Source of the DNA: Octopus sinensis
Taxonomy: Eukaryota
Direction: 5' to 3'
Length of the DNA: 64,000 nt
NCBI RefSeq assembly: GCF_006345805.1
Contig: NC_043002.1
Coordinates: forward strand, 64,542,001-64,606,000
In this document: piece by piece, positions 12,888 through 26,530 of the stretch
How positions within the stretch are numbered: the stretch's first letter is position 1
Layout of the letters: each line of letters starts with the position of its first letter
Made by a program: the position numbers and the translations under genes
The notes under the pieces: generated by a model
The model's input: the letters and a program-made list of their open reading frames with translations, nothing else
Told to the model about the DNA's origin: nothing
Database searches by the model: none

Positions 12888-13205
12888 ATGTTACATTACT
12901 CGGTAGTCAAGATAAAACTCTGAGTTTCAGATGCCGAAGTGGAAATCCACAACACCATCTCTTCGGTTATCTGGCTATTTGAAAACGTTATGAAAAAAAA
13001 AAAAAAAAAAAAGATTTTTTTCATAACGTTTTCAAATAGCCAGATAACCGAAGAGATGGTGTTGTGGATTTCCACTTCGGCATCTGAAACTCAGAGTTTT
13101 ATCTTGACTACCGAGTAATGTAACATATTGTATAGATAAATTTCCTCTATTTACATAATATTGAGGTCTCTTTCTTTCTTTTGTTATCTTACCGTTTTAT
13201 CAATA
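12880..13205. mobile_element. Penelope-type non-autonomous element forming a perfect palindrome (120-bp arms 12880-12999 and 13015-13134, A-rich loop)
   Basis: Arms checked base by base as exact reverse complements. Flanked by (TA)n. Inverted partial pLTR architecture is known for Penelope-like elements, so the assignment is an inference. Confidence 0.75.
13042..13104 (+). ncRNA. Minimal type I hammerhead-ribozyme-like fold with variant core (CCGAAGA / U-GAAA, GUU site); mirror copy on minus strand 12910-12972
   Basis: Helix I AGATAA/TTATCT, helix II GATG/CATC, helix III ACTC-A-GAGT (near-palindromic). Confidence 0.6.
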
Positions 13206-13307
13206 TATATATATATATATATTTGTAAAAAATGAAGTTCGAAAATGCTGCTATATTATACAATTTTTAATTTTTATATATACATTATAACATGTTTATA
13301 TATATAG

Positions 13308-13348
<41 letters not shown>

Positions 13349-13397
13349 AAGAGAGTGTAGGAGAGAGACACACAGAGAGACAGTGAAATACATACTC

Positions 13398-13640
13398 GTT
13401 TATTCTTTCACTTGTTTCAGTCATTTGACTATGGCCATGCTGGAGTACCACCTTAAAGCGTTCTAGTCGAAGAAATCGATCACAGGACTTCTTCATTATA
13501 AGTCTTGTACTTATTCGATCGGTGTCTTTTATCTAACAACTAGATAACGGAGACATAAACACACCAAACATCATTAGTCAAGTGATGGTGAAGGGACAAA
13601 AACAGACACAAACACACAAATACCTGCACACATACACACA
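13398..13640 (-). mobile_element. Family 2 SINE 3' part (its 5' part is probably 15590-15780)
   Basis: CTTGTTTCAGTCATTTGACTATGGCCATGCTGGAG tail signature. Confidence 0.85.
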
Positions 13641-13642
13641 TA

Positions 13643-14810
13643 TCTCTCTATATATAAACGGCAGTTTGTCTGTCTGTGTGTCTGTGTCTGTCAGGTTGTA
13701 CCCTCACCCTGACCACGGCTTTCAACCGATTCTGATGAAACTTGATACACACAGAGCCCAATGTCATAATTAAAAACTAACACTAACGCAGCGGAAATTT
13801 TGATGAGTTCCCCCAGTTCTGAAAAAATTCGATAAATTTGACATGGGGTCGAGAATCTAAGCTTTTTAAATGCAACACATTTTCTGTTGTAGTTTTCGCA
13901 ACTTGCAATCGATTTTCACCAAACTCATGGTGAAGCTTAATGTTACCCTAAGAAACTTAATTCTGACGTTAGTTTTCCATGCAATACCTTACCATCAGAA
14001 AAAAATCGATAAAATCATGCCATTTTGGGAAATCGCGTTCGAATTCAAGATGACATATTTTCGACAATATCTTTCACAAATTAACAGGAATTTTTTTAAA
14101 ATTCACAGCGAGCATCATGTCTGCTCCAAGGAGCTATATGGCCCTTTTTATTGCAATAGGATACTTTATTACTGGAAAAAGTCGGTTAATTAAATCATAT
14201 GTGGCACACATAGCAAACCGATTTGTGTATTAAACCCAAGCCACAGACTGTCTAGGGGACGCAACTCGACCTTTTTAACTCTCGGAGACGTGGGGTAAGT
14301 ATCCCAAAATATATATAAATGTACAAAAACGGCAAAAAAGCGGGCAGCAATGTGAGTGACAACAACGAAAAAGTCGAAAGTGAACAAACTGAACAAACGA
14401 ATGGAAAAGGTTTTTTTGTGCACACGACAAAAGCGGTTTATAATAAACCAAGAGTTTGCAAGTAGCGTCGGAGGACCCTTAGGGTACGTCAGAAATTTAA
14501 AGTAAAACTTTTGGGGTGGTAGTTATAAAGAAAGTTTAAACAAAAAAAAGTATTCGAATAACTTGCGGCTGCAGCAGCTATTAGCAGAAGTGGTGGTGTT
14601 GGGGGTAAAGTCTCGAATGTAATTTCTTCCTGGTAGGAATTGGTTGGGTTGAATTATCGATAGCTGTTTGATAGTTATTTGGGAGTGAAGAGAAGACATT
14701 GCAACCTACACATGCGCCTTCGTTCCCTAGAGGGAAAGGACTAGATTGGGATTAGTCGTTGCCTACTAGGGGCTCTTACATACCCGGGCAACGCCGGCCT
14801 ATGCTGCTAG
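13643..14810 (+). mobile_element. Non-autonomous Helitron with intact termini
   Basis: 5' TC after A, 3' hairpin CCGG-GCAACG-CCGG followed by CTAG then T. AT target and no TSD, which are the classical Helitron signatures. Confidence 0.85.
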
Positions 14811-14845
<35 letters not shown>

Positions 14846-14854
14846 TATATTTAT

Positions 14855-15098
14855 CTTCTTTTATTCGTTTTTACTTTTCTCACTGATTTGAAAGCAGCAG
14901 TGCTGGAGCACCGCATTAGCCGAACAAATCAACCCGATGTCTTATTCTTCGTAAGCCTACTACTATCGGTGTCTTTTGCCGAAACGCAAAGTTACGGGGA
15001 CGTAAACACACCAGCATCGATTGTCTAGCGATGGTGGTGGACAAATACAGACGCACAAACATATATATATATATGTAGTACCCCACCTTTTATTGATT

Positions 15099-15190
<92 letters not shown>

Positions 15191-15419
15191 GTTAGATAGA
15201 TAGATAGATAAATAAATAGACAGATAGACACATATATACATACATAAATACATAAAAATATATACATATATATGTATATACAAAACGGGCTTCTTTGAGT
15301 TTCAGTTTACCAACTCCACTGACAAGGCTTTGGTCGGCCCGAAGATGCCATGCAGTGCGACTGTACTCGGAACCATGTGGTCTGTAGGCAAGCTACTTAC
15401 CCCACAGTCACGCCTGCAC

Positions 15420-15421
<2 letters not shown>
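14855..15421 (-). mobile_element. Family 2 SINE with expanded internal (TA)n, nested in another copy
   Basis: Tail 14855-15065, microsatellite, head 15283-15421. Confidence 0.8.
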
Positions 15422-15513
<92 letters not shown>

Positions 15514-15531
15514 TTACATATACATATATAT

Positions 15532-15583
<52 letters not shown>

Positions 15584-15589
15584 TATAAT

Positions 15590-15780
15590 ACGGCGGGCTT
15601 CTTGCAGTTTCCGTCTACCAAATCCACTCACAAAGCTTTGATCGGCCGAGACTGTAGCAGAAGACACTTGCCCAAGGTTTCACACCCACGTGCCTATACA
15701 CACACGCACAAACACACACACACACACATATATATACATGTGTATACTTGTTGGTTGGGAAGCAAGCTTCTTATCTCATA
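15590..15780 (-). mobile_element. Family 2 SINE 5' part
   Basis: CAGTTTCCGTCTACCAAATCCACTCAC...GAAGACACTTGCCCAAGG. Confidence 0.8.
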
Positions 15781-15794
15781 TACATATAATTATA

Positions 15795-16290
15795 TATACC
15801 TTGCATTAGAAAGCAATAAGGATCACATTTCCATGCGCCTCTTTTTTTTTTCAATCTCGTTCAGTTGATGTGGAACAAACCTATCCGTATTCTTGACTTT
15901 TCCAATCTTTTACAGGTGTCCAAAAACAGCTGTGCGAGAATGTTTGACGTTCTGATGAATGTTTTCGAACCTTTATTCTTGGATATTGTTCAACCACAGC
16001 ATTTAATCCATCATGCTGAATAACTGATCTTGGCTTACCACTTGGTTTATTTTTGAAGACTATCATCTTCTGGACGATAGCTTTGGAGCCATCTCCAAAA
16101 ACCTTTCAACTAAATCATAACCAAATGTCCGCTTGATATTCTGTAGAGCTTTTGGGCAAAGTGATCCAGTTTGTACTCATTCAAAAAATCCCTCAAAATA
16201 GTTTGGTTGCTATTATTTTCATAAGGTCTGTGGGTAAGAATTTTGTATACCAATTATTGTTGGGAAAGAAGAAGAGTTAAGACTGAAAGC
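15795..16290 (-). mobile_element. Mariner transposase N-terminal relic
   Basis: Decayed HTH region (SGKPRSVI...VEQYPR) and RFVPHQLNE, matching the mariner WVPHEL motif. Confidence 0.75.
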
Positions 16291-16388
16291 AAGGTATATA
16301 TAATTGAGATTTTTAGATGACTGAAATAACAAGAAATTATAAATGCGACATTTCATGAGAAACAACCTAATATATATATCGTTGAATC

Positions 16389-17036
<648 letters not shown>

Positions 17037-17585
17037 ATATATATATATATGCATATATATATATACATATACTACATAACTATATATATGAATATATATG
17101 CGCAGACAGACAGATAGATACATGCATGCATACATGTATATAGGAGTCTGTGTTTGTTCGTGTGAATGTGCGTGCGTGTAATTATTCTGTATATATATAT
17201 ATGTGTATCATATAAATCGTGAGTAAGTGGTTTCAAATTTAAATCGAATGTTAGACAAGAAAGGTATAACCGGAAGTTGATATTTCTATATTATTCATAT
17301 GACACAGTAATTTTTCTTGTTTGAAAAGGATGAAAGCTGTATATAGATATTTTTAGAATATTAAGAGTCCAGACCATCTTGAATTCATTCTTTCGGTAAT
17401 CAGGAACCAATAAACTACTATTATTGATATACAAAGGCCAATTCAACACAATACCACAGTCTTTCTTGAAACAATACAATAAATAAAGTTTGAAATATTT
17501 GCGATCTGCATTGTTGAAAGCTGTCTAGGCATATGAACATACCTTTGAGAGGTGTGAATCAATATCTGAGTGGCAGTCATCATGA

Positions 17586-17653
<68 letters not shown>

Positions 17654-17839
17654 CACTACTACTACTACTACTACTTCTAATCGACAAATAATAAGACCAT
17701 AAACAACCACAATAAAAACACAAAAACGTAAACAACATCATTATTAAAAACCTTAACGACGACGACACGTCGATGATGATGATGATGATGATGATAATGA
17801 GGATGAGGATGTTGACGTTGATGACGGTGATGATGTGAA

Positions 17840-18520
17840 AAGTACAGCCCTAGAGGGACATTGGATTGGTATGAGGCTAACCCAAAATGCACTATCCAGG
17901 TTAATGGTTATAAAATCTTGTGGTTATTTTACAATCCATTGATTCAGTGACTGTTACTCGGTGACCAGGGGAAGTTGATGAAATCATGAAGGAAACCAGG
18001 ATGATGCATATTGCCAAACCTGATTATGTAGTAAGACAAGATGACAAGGCGGCGAGCTGGCAGAAACGTTAGCACGCTGGGCGAAATGAGTAGCCGTATT
18101 TCGTCCACCGCTACATTCTGAGTTCAAATTCCGCCGCGGTCGACTTTGCCTTTCATCCTTTCGGAGTCGATAAATTAAGTACCTGTTACGCACTGGGGTC
18201 GATGTAGTTGACGTAATCCCTTTGTCTGTCCTTGTTTGTCCCCTCTACTTTTAGCCCCTTGTGGGCAATAAAGAAATAAGGTAACAAGGAACGAGGAAAG
18301 ATTGAGCTATCCAAGCCACTAAAAGCGGGGATTGAACGAATGTGGGGAATCACGAAAATTACTGTTATCTCAGTAATTGTTGGGGCACTGGGAGCATTAA
18401 TTATCAAGTTTGAGATATTTGTTTGAGAAATAGGGATTGCCTTGGAGGTAGAACATTCTCAGAAAACTGCTCTCATTGGGACAGCGAGAATTTGGAAAGT
18501 GGTACATGGTTGTTAAGTAT
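17840..18520 (+). mobile_element. R4/Dong-like RLE non-LTR retrotransposon 3' fragment interrupted by a SINE
   Basis: LDWYEANPK...GYKILW before the SINE and IERMWGITKITVISVIVGALG...QKTALIGTARI after it. Confidence 0.8.
18047..18282 (+). mobile_element. Family 1 SINE inserted in the RLE element
   Basis: Near-consensus copy. ACAAGG on both sides is a possible TSD. Confidence 0.9.
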
Positions 18521-19324
18521 CATGGAAAGATACCCTGTGCAAATCTTGACCGCAAGTTGTTTTCCACTCTTACACAGTTAGCCGGAGCTAAATTGATGGT
18601 TTGATAAGCAGTTGAATGCTACAAACGAACCCAACTCAACAATGTTTTATCGAACGAAACCTTACGGAGCTTTTCTTTCTGTGCGTAAATCTGACATATA
18701 ACTGATTAGCGACATATCTGTGCCAGTATAATTTATATCAAACTGACATCACATATATGTGATGTATATTGAAAATGGCTATTTATATTAAGTTTCGATG
18801 CCCTTTCATGCAATTATACTTAATTCAATGATATAGTAGACTACTATCGGTTTGTTTTAATGAGTAACTGGCAAGTATCCTGAAACTTGGTGCTCAGCTT
18901 GTAGTTCAATTTTTTTATTTGTTCCCGAAATTTAATTCCATCATAGTGTCGATGCGTGTGGACCCATTCCTGATGCTGATAGCATGTTTAAGTCTCTGGA
19001 ATATCTCAAATAAACTCGTAGGTAACGGCAAATTCTAAGCAGTGGAATCGCCTGTACTTCGATAGGCAGACTTTCAACAATTGTCACATACAAAGGAACA
19101 GATGTAAAGCAAAACAAATATGCAGTAGTAAATAATAGGAGACAATATCCTCATTTGCAACCTCTGATCTATATTTTCGCTACCAACGCAACTGTTTGTG
19201 CGGCAGATGACTACGTCTGTAACTACGAATGTGCATCTAAAGATTTCTATGTAATTCCTTGGAAAGTACTACAGCAAATCATGTATTCCCTATCTTTTTG
19301 CTATTCAGACATCGACACGTTAAG

Positions 19325-19540
19325 AATAGTTCGTTTGGGTACGTACAAAACGGTTTTTATAGTGGACGCCCTCTAACGGAATAGCATCCATTAGACGACG
19401 AAACTTCACTTTCAATCTCATTTGTGAAGTTACAGCGGGTTAGGGAAAATGGTGAAGTTACATCGGGTTAGGTCTGCTGAACTGAGAAATCGTGGTACGA
19501 ACCTGATTGGCTGCTTATCAAGTACTATTTCGTATTGGTG
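19325..19540 (-). promoter_or_regulatory. Pol II promoter-like motif cluster (2 CCAAT, paired 21-bp repeat, TATAAAA, Inr-like)
   Basis: Minus strand: CCAAT at 19534-19538 and 19506-19510, repeats 19424-19444 and 19452-19472, TATAAAA 19355-19361, ACTATTC about 30 nt downstream. Confidence 0.4.
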
Positions 19541-20302
19541 GGAAAATGACATTGCATGCTCAAACGTTTTTGCGTATCTCGTGACAACTTTGTGATTCAT
19601 GTGTGATAGCGATGGATCTTTAAGAACGTTCTTCAAAACCGACTTCCTACATACGTTTCATATTTCTAGCGTTTTACTGTCGTTCAACCGAAATAATTTT
19701 CAACGGATTCAAGACCGGCGTAGAAATGTGCGTACTACTAAAAAATGTGACCAAAAATTCACAAAATCGTTCTAAATCACTGCTACTATTACCGTGAATA
19801 CTTAATGGAAAAGAACAAAAAACCAGCATGAAGGCTCAGTCAACTCTCTGGCACCCAATGTTTAACAAAATCACACGCAAATTCAACGAAATAGTTAAAT
19901 CACAGAACATGTATTTTAGCAACTTTTGGATAACGTCTGCACCTGTGCATGTATGGTTCTATGTAACTATCTGTGTATCTTTAAGTATACATGCCTGTAT
20001 GCACATAAAGTTGAGAAGGTGTGTTTGCACAAAACGAAACAATATCCCCACATACGCAAACATAGACGAAGGCAATCATTCGGACATACTTATGAGAGAG
20101 ATTAGAGACAAGTCGCTTCATAGAGAGTAGGGTTAGGTTATAGACATAAGAGCAGAGACACACATTTGTATATAAATTTATGAGTAGAATGTATATGAAA
20201 ATTTATAAATTTTACATGAGAATTCTTCTTTTTATTCATTTATAGGCAATATTACATTACAACTATGTTATGTATATTTAATATTTGTATTTATGTATAT
20301 GA

Positions 20303-20337
<35 letters not shown>

Positions 20338-20354
20338 TTATATATATATGTATG

Positions 20355-20392
<38 letters not shown>

Positions 20393-20636
20393 GTATATAT
20401 ATATGTTTATTCATATACTTACTTCAAAATGAACACGTATGCAGACATTCTCATGCGTATATACACAATGCCAGACAGAGAAAATGTTGTACAGTATAAA
20501 GAAGGATGAGGGAACAACAACGAAAATATAGACACACATACACATATATGTGGAGGAACTAAGACATACAATGACACGTTCAAATGGAATATACACGCAC
20601 ATGCGCTCGCTTGCTTGTGTGTGTTTGTGTGTGTTT

Positions 20637-20697
<61 letters not shown>

Positions 20698-21155
20698 TGA
20701 ACGTATTTCCATTTCCATGGAATTTGAATATTAATAAGTCATTACTAATTTAAAACTTGTAAAAGAATTGTTGGGAAAGAAAGCAAAAATACAAAAAATA
20801 ATATCGTCACAAAGAATAAAAATATTTTTTAAAAACTACACGAAAAGCGCACAGAGGTACTCTAACAAAATACGTAATCAAGCATACACACTCAAAAGCA
20901 CACATATAGAATCGCACAGATGCTCAAACCTACAAAACGTAGAAATGGCTAAAAAAATAAACAAAATATAAAAGACAACTGTAACAAATAACAAGCAATA
21001 CCACCTCGACAATGCTGATTATAATAGAAATAACTGGAAGAGCGTAAAAATTCGACTAAATACATCCTAATATAATGAAACGAATTTTCTAATTAAATTT
21101 TCAGCAATATGTATGTATATATATATATGTGTGTGTCTGTGTGTGTGAGTGTGTA

Positions 21156-21208
<53 letters not shown>

Positions 21209-21641
21209 TTGTGTGCGTTTGTGTGTGGCTGCTTGTGTACATATATTTGTGACTGTGCATATATAAATATATTAATACATGCATATATTTATATGTGTAT
21301 ATACACATTCATATACATATATATATATGTGAATGTGTGAACACATTTATAAGATAAAATGCAACAAATAAACAATATATTTTTCAGCTGATAACATTTC
21401 GAGTATTATCAATTCGTATTTGCTTTTATTTGTCTTCTATGCCATTTTTACGCATTTATTTACAGAAGTTTTACAAAATCTATAGATGTCTGGGAAATAT
21501 TGGTATAACTACTTTTGTTGAATTATATGGTGTCTTAATGATGTCTACGCGACGTATCTCAATTATACTCTCGCTCTCTCTCTATATATATATACATATG
21601 AATATAGTTAAAGTAGAGGTGTAGAACATATAATGCCTGCG

Positions 21642-21691
<50 letters not shown>

Positions 21692-22117
21692 CTATTCAGA
21701 CTTGATTCTGTGAGCGAGTTTCCAGTTCTTCAACTTCATATAAGACACCAAAGCATGCACGCAAACACTCACAGACGCATACGAGGAAACAAACGGAAAC
21801 GCAAGGACACAGATACGTGAATTATCTTGCGTTTGATAATTCCTTTGCCCAATCAGAATTTAGAAAGATTGTCTGAATGTAAGCCTTGTATCATATTGAG
21901 TTGCCTGTTTTGTTTTTTTTTGTTTTTTTCTCTTTTTATTTGCTTTTTATCTTCTCCGGATATTTGGAAGAATAATTCCCAAATATTGTATACTGATTAC
22001 TGCTGCCTAACGCGTATATTTTTTTCTCTTTATGCCTCATACATAATTGTATGAAGTCATTTTTCTTTTCATTAATTACTGATAATATCCTTCTTAAACA
22101 TGATAGTAACATTTAGC

Positions 22118-22290
22118 GGGCGTAGAGGCGCAATGGCCCAGTGGTTAGAGCTGCGGACTCGCGGTCGCAGGATCGTGGTTTCGATTCCCAGAGCGAGTGG
22201 TTTAAGCGTTCATTCAGCGAACACACCTAAAGCTCCACGAGGCTCCCGCATCAGGTTTGGTGGCGGCTCTGCTGTACTCTTTCGCCACAA
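22118..22290 (+). mobile_element. tRNA-derived SINE, family 3
   Basis: A-box TGGCCCAGTGG, B-box GTTTCGATTCC, body homologous to 60661-60850. Confidence 0.85.
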
Positions 22291-22437
22291 TTATATTATA
22301 CTGCATCACAATATTAAGTCCGGCCTTTTACGAGACAAGTTCAAATACTACTGTGCATGGCGTTGTTTTTTTACCCTAGTTGAGCACTAGGCTCAATGTA
22401 ACAAAATTACTTCATCTCATTAACATATTACTGACCT

Positions 22438-23045
22438 CGGTGGCGAACTGGTAGAATCGTTAGCACGCCAGGCGAAATGCGTAGCTCTATTTCGTCTGCC
22501 GTCACGTTCTGAGTTCAAATTCCGCCGAGGTCGACTTTGCTTTTCATCCTTTCGGAGTCGATTAAATAAGTACCAGTTACACACTGGGGTCGATATAATC
22601 GACTTAATCCGTTTGTCTGTCGTTGGTTGTCATCTCTGTGTTTAGCCCCTTGTGGGTAGTAAAGAAATAGGTATTTCGTCTGCCGCTACGTTCTGAGTTC
22701 AAATTCCGCCGAGGTCGACTTTGCCTATCATTCTTTCTGGAGTCGATTAAATAAGTACCAGTTACGCACTAGGGCTGATATAATCAATTTAAACCGTTTG
22801 TCTGTCTTTGTTTGTCCACTCTGTGTTTAGCCCCTTGTAGTACTTGTGGTGTTTAGCTCCTTGTAGTAAATAAATAATTATTTTGTCTGCCGTTACGTAC
22901 TGAGTTCAAATTCCGCCTTTCATCCTTGCGGGGTCGATTAAATAAGTATCAGTTATGCACTGGAGTCGATGTAATCGACTTAATCCCTTTGTCTGTCCTT
23001 GTTTGTTCTCTCTATGTTTCGCCCCCTATGGCCAATAAAGACATA
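22438..23045 (+). mobile_element. Family 1 SINE trimer (head + 3 bodies)
   Basis: Body restarts at about 22672 and about 22880. Confidence 0.9.
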
Positions 23046-23394
23046 AATGTTACTTATCTCCCTGAATAGAGGTGTTACTACAGAACAACAACATCAGTAA
23101 GACCATCCCCATCATTAACAATGCTGGTGACGATAGCAGTCTATACATGAAACAAGGCGAGAAAGTCCCATTAATCAGGATTCAAAGTCCAACAAGAGGG
23201 TAACATTAACAACAAGCACAGTGACAACAACCACGTTCGCAAAAGGTAACCACAGTGGCTGGGGTGGCAATAGCAGTAGCCGCGCCAGTATTTCCAGCAA
23301 TGACATGTATATGTGTCCAAGACAAGAAAATTGCCATTATTATGGGAATGCCTTTTGATATTACTATTACTATATAAATGTGGTCAGGTGGTAC

Positions 23395-23590
23395 ATCTGT
23401 TACCGCGCTGGGCTAAATCCTAAGCGGCATTCCGTCCAAGTTCAAATTCCGCCATTCTGAGTTCTAATTCTGCTGAGGTCGACTTTGCCTTTCATCCTTT
23501 CCAGGTCGATAAAATAAGTACCAGTTGATCACCGGAGTCGATGCAATTGTATAACCCCCATTGACCCTATTTCAGGACTTATGCTTATAA
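23395..23590 (+). mobile_element. Partial family 1 SINE
   Basis: GAGGTCGACTTTGCCTTTCATCCTTTCC central block. Confidence 0.7.
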
Positions 23591-23885
23591 TTGGAGGGAA
23601 TATTATCATTACTATTGTTGCTGCTGTTATAATTATTATTCTTGAATGCCAATCTACGCGGAATTCTACAGCAGAAATCTTGTTGAATACGTAAACTTCA
23701 CTTGGATTAATGAAAATACTGCTTATTCTTGTGAACAAATGATACGCTTAATATAGTTTTTCCGACTTATTCTGTTTAGCCATTGGTGACTTATACCCGT
23801 CTCCTCGTTGGAAGATATCTCTTGATAGGATACAATGTTTCAACCCGCTTTGCAAATTTCGCGTTAAATTATTACCCCTATGTAT

Positions 23886-24730
23886 ACTAGAGGGTATCCG
23901 AAACAAACCGAAATTTTGCAATATTAATTTATTCACTTAGTTTTACATCTTTACACTGTTATCGCTTTCAAAATTTTCGACTATTCGACACAGTGCTGGA
24001 ACTTTTGCGAAGTGATGCCGTTTAACGCCTCCATCATTGTTTCTTCGCCTCTTCCACATGTGCAAATTCCGTAACACCAGCTTTCGTCACCAGTGATGAC
24101 CCCCGAAAAAAGTTCCGGATCATCTTCCAATTCTTCTTTCTGTTCACAATATGCATTCAGGCGTGCCTGCTTTTGATCTTCCGTGAGCAAGCGAGGCACA
24201 CATTTTGCTGCAACTCTTTTCATTCGCATTTTCTCGATCAAACTTCATTGTTAGGAGCTCCAAGACACACCAGTAATATCAAAAAGGTCGTCAATTTTTC
24301 GGTAACGCTCCTCCAAAATCTGTTCATGAATATTCATAATGTTCGGGAGGTCGGCGGTCGCTCTGAACGAGGCTGGTCCTCCAACGAGAAGTGATCATTC
24401 TCAAAGCGTGAAAACGACTTGTAAACTCATGGCAGCTTCCTTGTAAACTGTTTGAAGGATGACAATTGTTTCGGCTGACGTTTTCTCCAGCAGAAAACCG
24501 AATTTCACGGAAGCACGCTGTTCTTTCGTTTAAGCTATTGCAAAACTCTACGAACAGGGGAGAAGCACTGCAAAACAGAGACGAACCACTGGGTGGTAGG
24601 ACCCCACTCGACAAAGCCGGTCAGCAGACTGATGCCTGGGGGCTTCACCAAGTGGCTTCTAGCGGCGAAAGCCTGAACTACAACTGGTTTGTCCCACAGT
24701 GAACATTTCCGCTTACTATTGAATAATCTG
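23886..24730 (-). mobile_element. Internally deleted mariner transposon relic
   Basis: MKRVAAKCVPRLLTEDQKQ...VITGDESWCYG, an N-terminal EQRASVKFGFLL segment, and terminus TATACTAGAGGGTATCCG. Confidence 0.88.
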
Positions 24731-24930
24731 TACTATATTTAATAATACTTAGCTCTTGTGATCAATGCATTCTTCGTCTTTTTTCTCCTGTTGCATTCTC
24801 AGCTACTTCCCGTTTTCATACTTCTACTTATCATCGTCGTCGTCGCTGTCCTCATTATTGTCATAGTCATCATCGTTACCATACCATCATCGTCATCATC
24901 ATAATCATCACCGTCGTCATTGTCATCATT

Positions 24931-24993
<63 letters not shown>

Positions 24994-26309
24994 GTATTCA
25001 TCTGTTAATATGGGATGTGCTATGCATTGCCTTGCATTGTTTCCACATTATTGGCTTTTATTTTATTTGCAAATATTTCCAAGCAAGGGACTTTTTAAAT
25101 TTTTGTCTCGGCTTCCATATTAAATGTTCTGCCCTCATTTAAAACTGTGTCACTACTAACATTCTTATTATCATTTTCATTATCCAAATATATTATATGA
25201 TAGATTGTTCTTTGTTTGCATAGCGGCGATGCTTAATAGCACGAACGTCTGTAGCACAGATGAAAGCCTACCGAAATTTTCAAAATTTTAAATTTTCTGA
25301 AAACACTCGCTGTAAACGAAATAAGTGTTTCAAAAAAAAATAATTGTTATTAAAACCAACGGATTCTATTATAAATATAAATAATGCATACGATGACAAT
25401 TATAAAATTATACAGGAAGACAAACGATCATATTTACGAGGGAAACTCCATCACGGACCAAAAATAAGCTAATACATCACAAAATATAACAAGGTTAGTT
25501 TGGATAATTCGTGCAGCCTACAGAGTTACTAATTTGGCTCGTCACTCAGTAAATTAGAAACCAGTGTTGGAGGCAAAACCAAGTAAAATTGTAAAATACA
25601 TCATATCTTTGCCTCGCGACAAGGTCTTATAGACCAAAATGATTTTTTAAATATTTTGCGAGCTCATGTTATATCGTTTCTGTTTTCAAATAATATTTCT
25701 GTAAAAATTAATAAACATAAATTTATGGCTATTCTCAAAAACTTTAACTAAAGTAAGATCTAATTTTGCTTTTAATATGCTAAAAAAAAATCACTATATC
25801 CCTAAACAGTTATGTTGAAATGGTTTATTTTCAACCAGATATCAAGATAGGCAAAAGTTGTAAAGATTCTGCACATCGTTTTCTTTTCTTAACATTTGTT
25901 CACACAATTCATATCCTGTTGTCACACACGTTGCACAAGATAGCGAGAATTGGGACCACAGATACACTCGTCCAGCAAAATCATTAGTATTTTTTAAAAA
26001 CTTCGAAGTGAATGAAGCTTTTAATGCTGATTGGAGAAATTCAGTGGAATTAGTAGAAAATACTTGCAGGAGAGTATAAGTTTGTGCGACGTCACGTACG
26101 TCACAACATTCGGACCATATTCAAAAGAATTCAAAATACATTACAGGCAATTGTTTAATACTTGCCTGGGTAGCCAAAAAAACAATACAATTCTTGTACA
26201 CGTAGAAGATTTGCAGCTTAGATACTTCATAATCGGTGTCTCTAGCTAACCTGTACGCCATACGGGATTAGCACTTTAATGAATTTTGGCCCGTTTCAAA
26301 ATATAATAT

Positions 26310-26530
26310 GAAGGCAGCGCGCTGGCAGAATTGTTAGTAGCAAGTTGGGGGGAAATGCCAAGCGGTGATACGTCAGTCCATCTTTACATTCTGAGTTCAA
26401 ATTCGCCCAAGTCAACTTTACCTTTCATTCTCTTGAGGTTATAAAGTAAGTTATCAGTCAAGCACTGGGGTCAATATATCCAACTCACCCGCTTTTACAA
26501 ACTTGCTGGCATTTCTCCAATATTTGAAAC
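26310..26530 (+). mobile_element. Diverged family 1 SINE
   Basis: AGGCAGCGCGCTGGCAGAA head and TGAGTTCAAATTC B-box. Confidence 0.75.

Noticed and set aside
22118-22190. tRNA-like sequences here and at 60661
   Set aside because: No complete cloverleaf; they continue into a shared SINE body.
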